DNA of 63,915 nt, filler included, from Intoshia linei (taxonomy: Eukaryota > Animalia > Orthonectida), in NCBI GenBank assembly GCA_001642005.1. It is 8 parts of 8 records of this genome, joined end to end, with 100 filler letters (N's around TTAATTAATTAA, not from the genome) between each part and the next. Parts side by side here need not be neighbours in the genome. Positions count along the whole stretch, not along the records: positions 11,143 to 30,681 come from LWCA01000736.1; 7 more parts are not named here. One strand, 5' to 3'. The notes beneath the pieces are model-generated. The model saw only the letters and a list, made by a program, of their open reading frames with translations. It did no database searches and had not been told where the DNA came from. The position numbers and the translations under genes are program-made. Positions within the stretch are counted from its first letter, which is position 1, and each line of letters opens with the position of its first letter. This document shows, one piece after another, positions 12,636 to 24,700 of this stretch.

Positions 12636-15600
12636 TTATACAACAATCCTGTACGTAATGTACCGCCCAGCAGTTTCAGAAATTCGTATAATTTTAAAAA
12701 TTTGTCCAATCTCAGCACCATAATAACGAGAAACTGGATCTGTTTGTTGTATTTTAGGTAGTTGATATTCTTTAATCTTGCTAAATGTCATTATTAATAT
12801 CAAGCATATTATTTAAAATTAATATTACTATCTTTTAAGCAATTCTTGGCAATCCTCTGGATCCAGAACTATATGCGTTGGCACTAACTAAAACGTTATA
12901 ATAATCATTTTAACAAAAATGACCTTATGTTCTGTAATATTGACCATGAGTTCAGATTCTAGGAAACTTTCTAGGATGTATTTGGGTGCCATCGAATTCA
13001 TACACTAAATTAAAAGTAAAACAAGCAAAGCGAAAAGTTTATAATTATTAGTAAATGAATAAAATTACAATTATAGCAGGGCTACCAAAGTAGTACATAA
13101 GGTTTAAAGTTCTTAAAACGATCCGCAGATCTTGCTTGTATTACACTTCGTTCATTATAATAAAAAAGTTAAATAGCAAGAACTATAGAGGTTTATATGT
13201 GACATCTGAATAATTGTTATCCCGTCAAGACACGAACGACGCATGAGAGTCAGAATTTAAATGTTGGTACTTTGCATCGTATTACTCAAATTTGGACAGT
13301 GTCAATTGGACACATAGGTCCATAAAAATTTTGGAGAGTATAGAGGGATAATGGGGACGATGAAATATTATTTTTATCCTTATTTACTTATAAAGTAATT
13401 TAGCTAAAAATGTATGTCGGTTTGTTCTAGATTATTAAAGAATGTAAGCTTATCTAGGAAAGTACAAGAGGTAGAATTTTAAAAATAATAATTTCTAATA
13501 CAGTTTTCGCGGTGAGGTTTTATTGAAATTGTAATTATCAGAAATTGAGTCCTCCACGGTAAAAAACTCTAATTATTCATGTTTTTAAAATTTAAACGAG
13601 TTCTAGATTTTTTTAAATACATGTATTATATAACATTCAGATACAGATTTTAAAATCATGAACATGAACATTATCATAAATTTCAATTCAAAAAATTAGA
13701 CGACCGCTACATTATTATTTCAAACATCCCACTTTTATCCTACCATTAATAAAATTTAACAAAAAATACAATTTCAAACCCTCAAGAAAAAATCCTTTTT
13801 TTGTAATATTTTTTTGAAAAACACGATTTTACCAAATCTTATGAGCTACAACTTCTTAATCCAAAACTCAAAATAAAAAATCCAATTTTACAAACCCTTA
13901 ATGGAACAATCCCCTTTTTCCAATATTTTTTTGAAAAATCCGATTTTACCAAACCTTTAATTTTTTCATAAATATTTTATATTTCATGTTTACTTTGGGA
14001 TCTAAAAAAATATATTTTGAAATGGGAATGCGTACATTATTTGAATTGGGAATCACTATCTTAGAAGGTAAAAAAATAACTACAGTAGTCTTTCTAAATC
14101 AGATTCATAATATGTATATTAGATATTAGATAATATTCATATTCCACTAAAAATAATTCAAAGAAATTTTATATTTTAATTGCTATTGGGCAGGGGTGTC
14201 AGACTCAATTTGCTTGGCGGGTCAAATGTGAAAAAAATTATTACGCGGGCAGCACAAAAAAAATCTTTACTCTAAAAATTATGTTAAAACTAACAAATTT
14301 AAATAATTTATAATAATTTTAATTCATAAAATAATATTTGAAACAATAAAAATGGACTAAGTGTACGAATAATGTTAAAATTGTAATAATGAATAAATAA
14401 ATCATGAAAAATAAGAAATATGTGTAAAAAAATTTTATAAAAAATAAAAATAACGCGAACCGCAAATGGCCCGAGGGCCGCATAATTGACACCCTGCTAT
14501 TGAGTTACACAGTTTTTATGTATCCATTTTACGATAATTATTATTTAATTATAATGAAAATACTTTAATAATTATTAAAGTATCCTCACAAAATATTTTT
14601 GTAATAATAATTTTGTCAATTAATCTATCCATAGAAGCAAAAATATCCAGTGACATCGAAAGAAATGTTACATTTTGTTGAACAGTGATAGATATTAATT
14701 GCTAATAAGTCTTGGTATGGTTAAATTTATTTTTTTAAACTAATCTAGGTACTTTGTTCATGAAATCAATGATACGGTAATAGGTAAAGAAAAAAAGGCA
14801 ACTCTACTCAAATACTACCTACATACGAACCTTGATACAGCTTGTAATATAAACATAACCAATATATAATGTAGAAAAATTAAAAAACTTGTTTGGCACT
14901 GGGCGTGATAGCATTTTGAACTATAACAATAGATCTCTTGATATTTTCATCCTGCATACGTTGACATAAGGTTCTAATGTGTTTAACACCAATTTTAGTT
15001 TCATCATACATAACAATTACAACTTCGCCTATTGGTATTGGTAAATATATAATTGATTCATGCACAGACAAGCCTCAAATAACATGATCCAGGAACGTAA
15101 ATATTCAAATATTAAATTCCATGTCTCATTTAAACATAACTATTATCTTGCATTATAAAGGCCTTTTACGGATATTATTACATGTAAATCGAGGCTTACC
15201 ATATTTTGTCACGTTCACAAATTAAAAATATAAATGTACTTGAAGGATCCTTCGAATGAGCAATAAGAGTGCTTAAATCGGTTCTTGATGGTTTCAATTG
15301 ACTAAATGGTTTGTCACCATATTCTTCTTTGAACTGGTCCAAAGTAGCGCTAAGTTCCTTTTGTGTTACAATATATCCACGGTCATGCGCCATCTTAAAA
15401 TAACATAATAAAATATACTACACATAATACGGTAGTACCATCCATGTATCTTTTAGTCAAACTCAGGGTTTTGCAAATGTTTTGCTATAAGTCATATATA
15501 AAAACTCAATTAACTCATTCATTCCCACAATTTAAAAAAACACAAATCCCAAGACAATTTCTGAAAACTGATCCAGTATCACACTCAAAAAGGCATACTA

Positions 15601-15792
15601 CCATTTATATTATCAATATCATATTAAAAATATTGCACAATGTAATGCTCTCCTAAACTAAGCAATACCATAATTTCATCCGTAACATGACTGTAATGTT
15701 TAGATAATGACTACAAACAATATTTAAAAACAAACCTGTAAATATGTCCTCCTAATACGCCATAAATTATAAATTAAACTTTCATCATCCAT
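12636..15792 (-). CDS. POLR2E: DNA-directed RNA polymerases I/II/III shared subunit RPABC1 (RPB5)
   Basis: Six exons: 15792-15736, 15393-15240, 15028-14889, 13004-12924, 12887-12829, 12780-12636. Translation [26 protein letters not shown]...[18 protein letters not shown]...[16 protein letters not shown]...[18 protein letters not shown]. Confidence 0.97.
14191..14496. mobile_element. hAT MITE in RPB5 intron 3
   Basis: TIR caggggtgtca / tgacaccctg; TSD ctattggg/ctattgag; GCGGGC subterminal motifs. Confidence 0.8.
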
Positions 15793-16131
15793 TTTATAAT
15801 TGAACAAATTATAAATTAAATTAAATTCAAACTAAATTAAAATAAATAAAAATTCAACAATTACCATGATACTTAATTAACAAAATTTACACTGAAAAAT
15901 TTCCTTTCTCTGAAACTGAAACAAACCTTTCTCTGAACATTTTCACGGCTAGGATATTAGATTTATTGGTATTGATAATACCAATTCTTATTTTTATAGG
16001 GTTAGTTATCTGTTATTTTATCATAACTTCAAATGTACTCATATTTGTGTCCATAATAAGATTTTTATTTTATTTTGTATCAAGTGCATTTTATATCGTA
16101 AAGAAAATAATTAAATTCATTTTAAGAATTT
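15793..16131. promoter_or_regulatory. Putative bidirectional promoter between POLR2E and MRPL55
   Basis: Divergent ATGs about 340 nt apart; 12-bp direct repeat cctttctctgaa at 15903 and 15926. Confidence 0.55.
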
Positions 16132-16480
16132 ATGAATAAAGTGAAGCATTTTTTTAAAACGGTCCAACCAAATTGCAACATGTTTAAACTTACCACAATA
16201 AAACGAAAAAATTATATTCGCATGTACCCTGTCAATTTCATATTTAATGATGGATCTTCAATTACTGTTAGACATAAAGAACCTAGAAAAATTATTAAAG
16301 TAGTATAAATTTTAATTACCGTTGAATTGAATTTAGTTACCTTTGGATTTAAGAAAATTTACACCAGAACAAATGGCTGCATTTAAACAGAAACGTAAAC
16401 CTACCAATAAAATGAAAATTTCTAAAAAAGAAAATGACGAATATTTCAATAATGATCAATATTCCTTTTTGTGGAAATAA
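16132..16480 (+). CDS. MRPL55: Mitochondrial ribosomal protein L55 (bL31m)
   Basis: Exons 16132-16299 and 16337-16480 with a 37-nt intron: ..IKRKNYIRMYPVNFIFNDGSSITVRHKEPRKIIK|LPLDL..KQKRKP..YSFLWK*. Not in the ORF track; an upstream exon cannot be excluded. Confidence 0.88.
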
Positions 16481-16554
16481 AATTAAAAATTTCAAATTAA
16501 ATTAATTTATTCATAAGGTATTTTTATATATTTAATTTTATTATTCAGGGTAAT

Positions 16555-17347
16555 TCATTCTTCATGTGGGAGTTCTGGTTCTGTGGGTGCCTCCACTTCC
16601 ATTTCTTCTAGTTCTTCTTTCATTTCAGTTTCGTCTACTTCTTCGATTGGATCTATATAGATTAATATTATAGGCCAATTTTTAGTATTATTATTAGTCT
16701 TTTGTGATTATTTTAAAATGTCAAGTTTTAAAAAATTACTGCAATCAATTAATTTAACTTTACTCACATAAATGTCAATAAGTATTGAAAATTTATTTAT
16801 CGTTATACAAAACTTGTAAGTTACAATTTATAACCCTAATAGACACAAAGAGTTGGATGTACTGATTACAAACAATTGGCAATGCAAATATTTAACTGGA
16901 TTTTAAGGGTATTATGTAAAATATATAATTTCACATTCAAATGAAATACATAAAATTGTGTAACGATATTGTATATGAATGTCATATTTTGGTAAACAAG
17001 TTATTGTAATTGAGCTGATTAACAATGTATACATTACAATAAAAATATTAAGGTGTAGTGCGTCATGAACGTAAATATATACAATTTTTTCAAAAATCAT
17101 CAATACATATTAAATCAATATTACCGACGTTTAGATGTTCTAAAAACAATATAGTTTTATTCAAAAATTTTTAATACCCATTTCTTCTTCCATGCCGTCG
17201 AGCGCCTCTTCCTTCATTTCATTGTGTACTATGAACGTAAATACATTTATATATACAAATATATAAACCTTCATGTTTATGTTCATTGTTTTTGTTATTT
17301 TCATGTCGATTTGATTCATCAACTGTTTTACTTTCTTGACATCCCAT
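16555..17347 (-). CDS. 75-aa acidic orphan protein with N-terminal MGCQES acylation motif
   Basis: Exons 17347-17269, 17228-17178, 16652-16555 splice in frame (two phase-1 GT-AG introns): MGCQESKTVDESNRHENNKNNEHKHEVHNEMKEEALDGMEEEMDPIEEVDETEMKEELEEMEVEAPTEPELPHEE*. Confidence 0.75.
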
Positions 17348-19074
17348 GTTTTATGTCTAATAGTAGCATTAAAATAAAAGCATTGATTTACAAATAAATC
17401 AATATAATTAATTTTAAAAACATTTAATTTGTAAATTTTACAAACAGGTTATAAACTTCTAAAAATATTAACAAGTTAAAATTTTGTTTGAATTCTTACA
17501 CCTTTATAAAAATAATCAATTACCTGTTTAAAAATTAAAATACTAGCTTCTCTTTGGATTTGTTTCTGCGTTTTTCTTGTAGTTACCAAACAAATAAATT
17601 AATGGATCTATTCTCAATTTGTTTGTGGTTAACAAAACCAAATTTATTTCACGGTACAGATACGACATATATTAATGTTTCTAGTTTAATTTCAATTAAT
17701 ATATTATTAGTTACCATTGTACCCGTCAGTTTAGAGTACTTGATAATTGTAATTATTTTATTTACTTTTCTAGTGGCGCAATTTAATTTAGTTTCAGTTG
17801 CAAGTTGCAACGTGGGAAAATTACTGTATTTCGTTTTGGAATTATTCGAATCGAATGTAGTTCATTGTACTGGTGTGACTTTTTTCAACAAATCCATAAA
17901 CATATGTTGCTTAGTCTTTACACAGTAAGTTCACAGAGATAATTTTCTTTAGCAGAAAGTACGATTCGCTGATAACTGATACGTTTGTATTACGACAAAG
18001 GTAATAATTCTTATGTTTAATGTATAGACATTTTGTTTAAATTTTCATCACGTCCATGGTTTACTGGGCAACAAAAAGTTTTCGTTTATCCATTGTAAGT
18101 GAAGTGATGAAAATTATCAGTTAAATTCCTTTTCTTACATCCTTTACTTATATAAAAATGAATGTGTGTTTGTGTGTCATTTATTGAAAAAATTGACTGT
18201 CGCAGGATTTAAAAAAACCAGTTTCTAATACAGTTTTCCCTGGACGTGTTTTAATTTATTTTTCAGTTTCAGAATTTGAGTCCTTCAAGGTCAAAACCCA
18301 ATTTCCCTTTTTAAAAAAAAATCAGCTCAAAAATTTAATAAAATATACATTATGTAATGCTTTTAAAAGCATTAACATTGTCGTTAATCTCAGAAACGCA
18401 TACCTTCATGGTCAAAACCACAAATTAAACTTTGTTTTAAAAATGTAACATGTCCTAAAATTTTTTTAAACATAAATTCTGATAGTTTTTAAAATCATAA
18501 ACATTCTCATAAATGGAAACCTCAAAAAAAATAATTTTCACGATCAAAACCCCACATTACCATTTTTTTAATAATGAAAACAGCCCTAGAATTTAAAAAA
18601 ATTACAGATGATACAGTTGTATTCTGTTAGGACACACAAAAAATTTCAATCTGAATAAATAACGTGTTCACGGTCAAAAAAGTACTGTAAAACAAAAAAT
18701 TTTTAAATAATTAACGGTTCTACAATTAAAAAAAAAATTATTCGGATAGAGCTTATTCCAATTGATATAAATACAAAATTTAAACCCCAGAAATCTACGC
18801 ATTCCCGGTGAAAAATAATTTTTAATATATTTTCAACCATTTCAATTGAAATAAAAATTGAATATGTAAATATTGATCCTACAATTTCAAAAAAAATGTG
18901 CATTGAACGTCTACACATTTTCAATAAAGAAATAGGAGTGAAAATCTATATAATTAATTCATTCGCAATTTTTAATTCTCATTTTCAAAACATTTTGATT
19001 TAAATTAAAATTACAACAACGAATTACTAAAAGTAATACAACTTTGTTATTATGATTTTTATATTTATTACAAT

Positions 19075-22000
19075 CAGGGATCAGAAAAAATTAATTGTAT
19101 TTAATTGCAAATTTTTCCTTTAATTAATTGTTAAAATATATAAAATCCAATTAACTTATTTGAATATGACAATTAATTGTCAAATGTATTAAAACTTAAA
19201 TTAAAGTGGCCAGAAAAAATACGTACTATCAATTTTAGATTATGTGGTGTTAAATGTAAAGCCAAAACTACTTATTTATGATGACGAATAAAAATTTTCG
19301 GTTAAAAATTTATTGTTTTTTCATCAATGGAAGAAATGAATTTTGGTGTAGAAGCTCATTCCAATTTTATTTTATGGGTTTTAAAACTTTATAATAAAAG
19401 TTTTGATAATGTTGTCTGTTTAATTCAGTGGTTCTTAACCTTTTTTGACCTATGCACCTCCAAATATTGATCTTAATTACTGTGCACCCCTGATTAATAA
19501 TCAATTAATACAATATTAATTATAAATAAAGTGTTAACTAGTTACTTAAATTAAACAAATACAATTTAAGAATTAAAGCTGATTTGGTCATAATAATGGT
19601 CGTGGAGATCCAACAGTAGGCCCGGACTTGATGGAAAGTATAGGCCGTTATAAAAAATGGACCTCTATACATTAATTAATCAAAGGTTCATTATCTAAAA
19701 ATTAAAAATAACCATTGGAAATCGCATTGATTATCGAAATTATGATATAATTAAGAAATTTTTTATGAATACCTATTAATAAACTAAAAAGTAGGCCTTT
19801 ATGATTATAGACACGGGACATATGACCCTCTCCACGACCCTGTCTGTACTTATTTTAAACCTTTATAAAAATGAAAAAGTGTCAACTATCATATCCACTA
19901 AAAGCTTTGTAAGTACTAATGCAATATCCAGTAGATATATTATTTATTTTTCATTGAAAAATATCGGAAAATGTAGTAGCCCTGGTCATACCACCAAATT
20001 CATTAATCAAAAATAGACTATTCAAATATAATGTTAAAGACTCAGAAAATAGACGAATTAAGTAGTAGCGGAAAACTTTTACATAACAATTGAACAAATT
20101 TATTTATATAAATTTTAATGGGATCGTTATTGTTTATTTGAAATGAGAAGTAAGCTAAATCTTCGCATTATTTTTGATAGGCTTACTCGCATACCGGCAC
20201 GGACATCTATTTTATTCCTTTATTTTTTTTAATATGTTAGAATAGAAAATCCAGCCTTACAAAACCATGTTGTAACAAAAATAATAATTACTTCAAGGGC
20301 AATTTCAGTCACAAATCGATAGATATTAAGCATACTACACCATATATCACATTTAAAACTATCATAGTCATATATAATATATTTGCCAAAGGACCAATAG
20401 AAAAATCAAAGGACTATGTAAATTTTATTCTATTTGAGGGGCCAAAGTAAATTATAGGGCCAATAAAAAATTTTTATATATATTTCAATGTATTAATATA
20501 TAATTTATTTTGAATACATCTTTTGTAGTTTTATTTAATGACTCACAAAACAGATATTCCTCCTTAATGTTATCATTCACAACATATCTTGCAAACACAT
20601 TAATAGATTCGTCCAATTGTAAACTAAATTTTACTAGGTTTTTCGAAGTTTATCCATAACTTCTGCTAAATTTTTAATTTTTTTACAAAGGAATTGATTT
20701 AAGTGCCCATTTTTGTTTTTCGCACAGTAGAAGTTTTGAAATGTTAAGAATACAGGGTTGATCAACGTTTCCGATGGTATGATGCTTTTTTTGTTTATAA
20801 AACGGGTAAGTAACATGATATTATGCCTTTAAAATTTTGTTGCATTGAGAAGAAATGATAAATTGTCAACTGTTTTACCTAGTTCTATTTCGAGCGATAA
20901 CTTCAACACTGCCAGTGAGGTTTGGCTTTATGCTATTATTGCATAAAACGCCGACAAGTAAATGCACTGAGGTTTTTCGGTTTCATCTGCATCATTACGA
21001 CAGGTAAAATCAAATTCTACGTAATTGTTATTTCATCTATGTCTATGTCTTCTTTTAGACATCCTTAAAAAAGGTTAAAAACTCTGATAATTTATATATT
21101 AAAATACATAATTTGTATACCTTAAAAAAGTCGAAAATACAAAATTAATTTGATTATTAAATGATTGAGAATAAATTCAATGAACATTAATTATTAACTG
21201 TTAATCAATTATCAATTGTTATGTAAAAGTTTTCCGCTACTACTTAATTCGTATATTTTCTAAGTCTTAATAAGTATTAACAATATGAAATTATGTCTTA
21301 TATCTAATCTTTTTGTTGATAATAAAAATATCAATTATGTAAATTGACTCATTTAAAAAAATAATTATTTTTTAACTAATTATTTTATTAATGTAATTAA
21401 AAAAAATTGAAAATAGCTCTGTGCACCCCAAAAATTGATTATGCACCACTGGTTTAATTGATAATAATTGTGCAACAAACAAATCACTTAGTGATAAATG
21501 TTATAAACCTATTGTGGGTTCACTTCTCATAAATTTAACTTAAGTGTAAATAAATATCTCTTGAATCATGATATTGTTTTGAATAAAGTCAACATATAAT
21601 AAGAAAGTTAAAAACGATATTATTAACTGCTAAACAGTGCCAATTCACAGATTTACGCCCAGTCCAGAGCTGCAAGACTCGGTGGAGTTGTACAGCGAAA
21701 ATGGTTCGTCGGTATTTTCAAGTAAAAGAATACTTAGTAAATTTTGATGACACTCCATTAATAGTTAATATATTGAATGCTAAAGAAAATGATGATTTAC
21801 AAAAATTGAATGTCCATTTGGAAACATTTAACAGTATAAAAAAAGCACTTCAGGGTCCAATTGACTGCTTAACAGTTAGAATTCTGTTTGACGAAATCAT
21901 TAGCTTATATCTATGCATGTCACAATATATATCAATTGAATCGAATATTGTTTATTCAAAAGATTTTGAATCAGGAATTGTTAAAATTATGTCTGGTTAT

Positions 22001-22391
22001 GAAGATAATTTAAGTGATGTTGAAGTGGGTGCAACATTGCAATTGTTAAAAATATCTATTAATAATAGTTATCGACTGTATCAATTCCGATTTCGCTGCA
22101 TCAATAATCCAAAGAAAAAAAACACATTTTGTCCAAGTACAAGGATTGTGGATTTATTATACTAACATCGAATATCGTGGCACAATTCTTTAGTTTGGCC
22201 GGTTTTTTATTCAATTATTTAAGGCAACGTCTTAATCCTGAAAACTTGGAAATGCAATTGTTTTTTAAATTAAATAAATATACTCTTTATTTTCATTTAC
22301 GGGTTTACCGTAAAACAAGTTTGTACAAATAAAAAAATTGCAATTAATTAATTGTTGATATATTTAGTCAATTAATTTTTTCCGATCACTG
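19075..22391 (+). mobile_element. hAT element with decayed transposase
   Basis: 23-bp TIR cagggatcagaaaaaattaattg / caattaattttttccgatcactg; perfect TSD attacaat. Transposase pieces DNNCATNK..PIVG..SHKFNL, KTRWSCTAKMVRRY, TSNIVAQFFSLAG..RQRLNPENLEMQLF (21460-22300). Confidence 0.88.
19426..21451 (-). mobile_element. Buster/Charlie-type hAT nested in the previous element
   Basis: Ends cagtggt.. / ..accactg; perfect TSD gtttaatt. Minus-strand remnants KPQCIY.. (BED finger) and FSLQLDESINVFARYV..KEEYLFCESL. Confidence 0.85.
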
Positions 22392-23399
22392 ATTACAATG
22401 CTTTGCAATATTGGTAAAATTCACCTGAAATATGTTTCTAAAGTGCTAATTCCGTTAATTATTCATACATAATTGATATTTTTAATGTTTAATTAAATTG
22501 GTACCGATTATATACTATATCATTGAAAATGACAAAATAGGTTTTTACAATTTTATTTTTTCTAGAATTTATGACAATTTTTAGGATTGGACTGTTTTTA
22601 CTTCATTTTTAATATTATACACACCTTCTGTCTAATAAAAATAGGATAACAAGTTTTTTTAAAATTCTTTACATAAATGTTAAAATAAATTTAACGTGGA
22701 ATAAATCACTTTAAATTATAATCTAATGTGATATGACGGATCCACGTGTAACAAGTTTGGAATCACACCTTTAAATTATTGTGAATAGTATCATTTTTTG
22801 GTAGAATAAAAATGTCCGTCCTCGGCAGAGCTAGGATGCCGTATGTACGAAGTACATAACAGTCAAGCTAGTTTTAAATATATTTTTTTTTGTTCTTTCA
22901 ATAACAAAATAGAAAAAATCTTCGTTATCAGAGGGCTTACTATATTACAATTTGCAAAACAAATGAATTTAAAATGTAATTTATTTAGAGAACTATTTTA
23001 TTTGTCAGTATTTTAATAAAACTTATCAGTATAAATGTTAAAATGTCTGTAATAAAACGTACTTTGTCAGTATTCAATTACATATTTGTCAGTTTTATAA
23101 AAAAGTATATAAAAATAAACACAATTTATATAATAATATTTTATTGACAAACTACTTAAAATAGTGCGACCAGAAGTACGACTTTTCAAAACTAAATAAA
23201 CTTACAAATTGAAATTTAACTTAAATGTTCATTTTTCTAATGAAAAATTAATCAAAAACATATTTTGTTTCTAAGCAATAAAAGTACTACTTTTAGTACG
23301 ACAAAAATATGGTCAGCCTAATTAAAATACTGACGCTATAAATACAAGCCATTTATTTATATGGACAATTTCTATTAGACATAATTAATTTAGAATTAT

Positions 23400-24700
23400 A
23401 TATTTTTCTAATTTATTTAAACAATTTTGAATATCTTGAGGGAGTTTATCATTTCTTGTTAGTAAGCCCAATCTCAAATGGTCTAATCGTTTTAGTCGTT
23501 CTTTACACGATATACTATTTTATAGTTTGAATTTCACATCTATTGATGTTTCTAGAGTATTAATTATATCATCTTTATTGTAAATATACTTTCTCTACAT
23601 ATATATTTTATCTACATATGTATTTATTATATTTTCATCAGACTTACAATATTGATATTGATCAAATTGAATGTTAATATTGTAGTAACTTGTGAAATTA
23701 TTCCATTCTAGTAAGTCAGGTTTTACAATTGTTTCATTTTCTACGACTTCACATGCCTGCATTGATAAAGCAATTTTTGATAGTTTCTAGAATTAAATAC
23801 TGCCAGTCTTTTTGTGAAAATATCAACCTAAAATGTACATTATAATTATATAATTATAACTAGGTTGACTGTTATGTACTGAGTACAATCCTAAGAATTG
23901 TCATAAATAGCTTAATTCCACAAAAAATAAAATGGTAAATAAACCTGTATTTTATTTTTTAATGTGATGGTATATATTGAGTATCTGCTTTCGATGAGTA
24001 AAAAATATCAAAATACAGTGAGGCCTCTCAATATCGCCACTATTTTTCAATTTTGTAACAACTTATAAGGAACATTTTCAATAACGCTACAAATTTAAAA
24101 AATTTTTAAAAAAAAATTTGTCAAAATGTGTAATTTAAGGTAAAATTTAATAAGAAAAAATTTTATGGGATCATCAACCAAATTGAGCAGGAGTTAATAC
24201 ATACATCACATACAAGAGTCTCAATGTAAAAGATGCAATTATTTATTCACACTTGGCATGGAGTGAGGTAAAACAGGAAACGATAGTGAACTGTTTTAAA
24301 AAAGCGTTTAGTGTCAACGAAAATATTCCCATCGAATTTAAACCTGAGGTAATAGATTCCAATTTTCACGAGGAATTTTATGGAATGATCCTGTGAGTGA
24401 TGAAGATTTAAATCGACTTAATTATACTAAAAATGATGCAATTATAGACATTGAAAATGAAATATTAATAATACAAATACATTGGTACATTGCAATGTAC
24501 CAAATGAAGACGACGATGAAATTAAATCCGAACTTAAAACAGAAAAGTCAGAATGTTATATGATTTTAAAAACATTAAAGAAATATTTTGACCAAACTGA
24601 TTCCTTAAATGTGTATGCTATTGAAGGCATGGATATGTTTAATAAAGTATTAATGTTAGATGGAAAGAAGAAAAAGGATATAAGAGATTATTTTGTTTAG
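23400..24700. mobile_element. pogo/Tigger transposase remnants (two, opposite strands)
   Basis: Minus ~23760-23810 WQYLILETIKNCFINAG. Plus: TA-CAGTGAGGCCTCTC end at ~24015, LNVKDAIIYSHLAWSEVKQETIVNCFKKA and C-terminal KKDIRDYF. Confidence 0.7.

Larger units (their letters stand above)
18140..22871 (+). mobile_element. Non-autonomous Helitron interrupted by nested hAT elements
   Basis: A|TCCTTTACTTATAT start and ...cagtcaagCTAG|T end; sequence either side of 19075-22391 is nearly contiguous in the copy at 41595-42572. Confidence 0.85.

Noticed and set aside
17554-18093. 124-aa hydrophobic ORF and opposite-strand fragments
   Set aside because: Non-ATG start, no recognisable motif or splice pattern; the minus-strand frames are broken. 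Probably decayed repeat.
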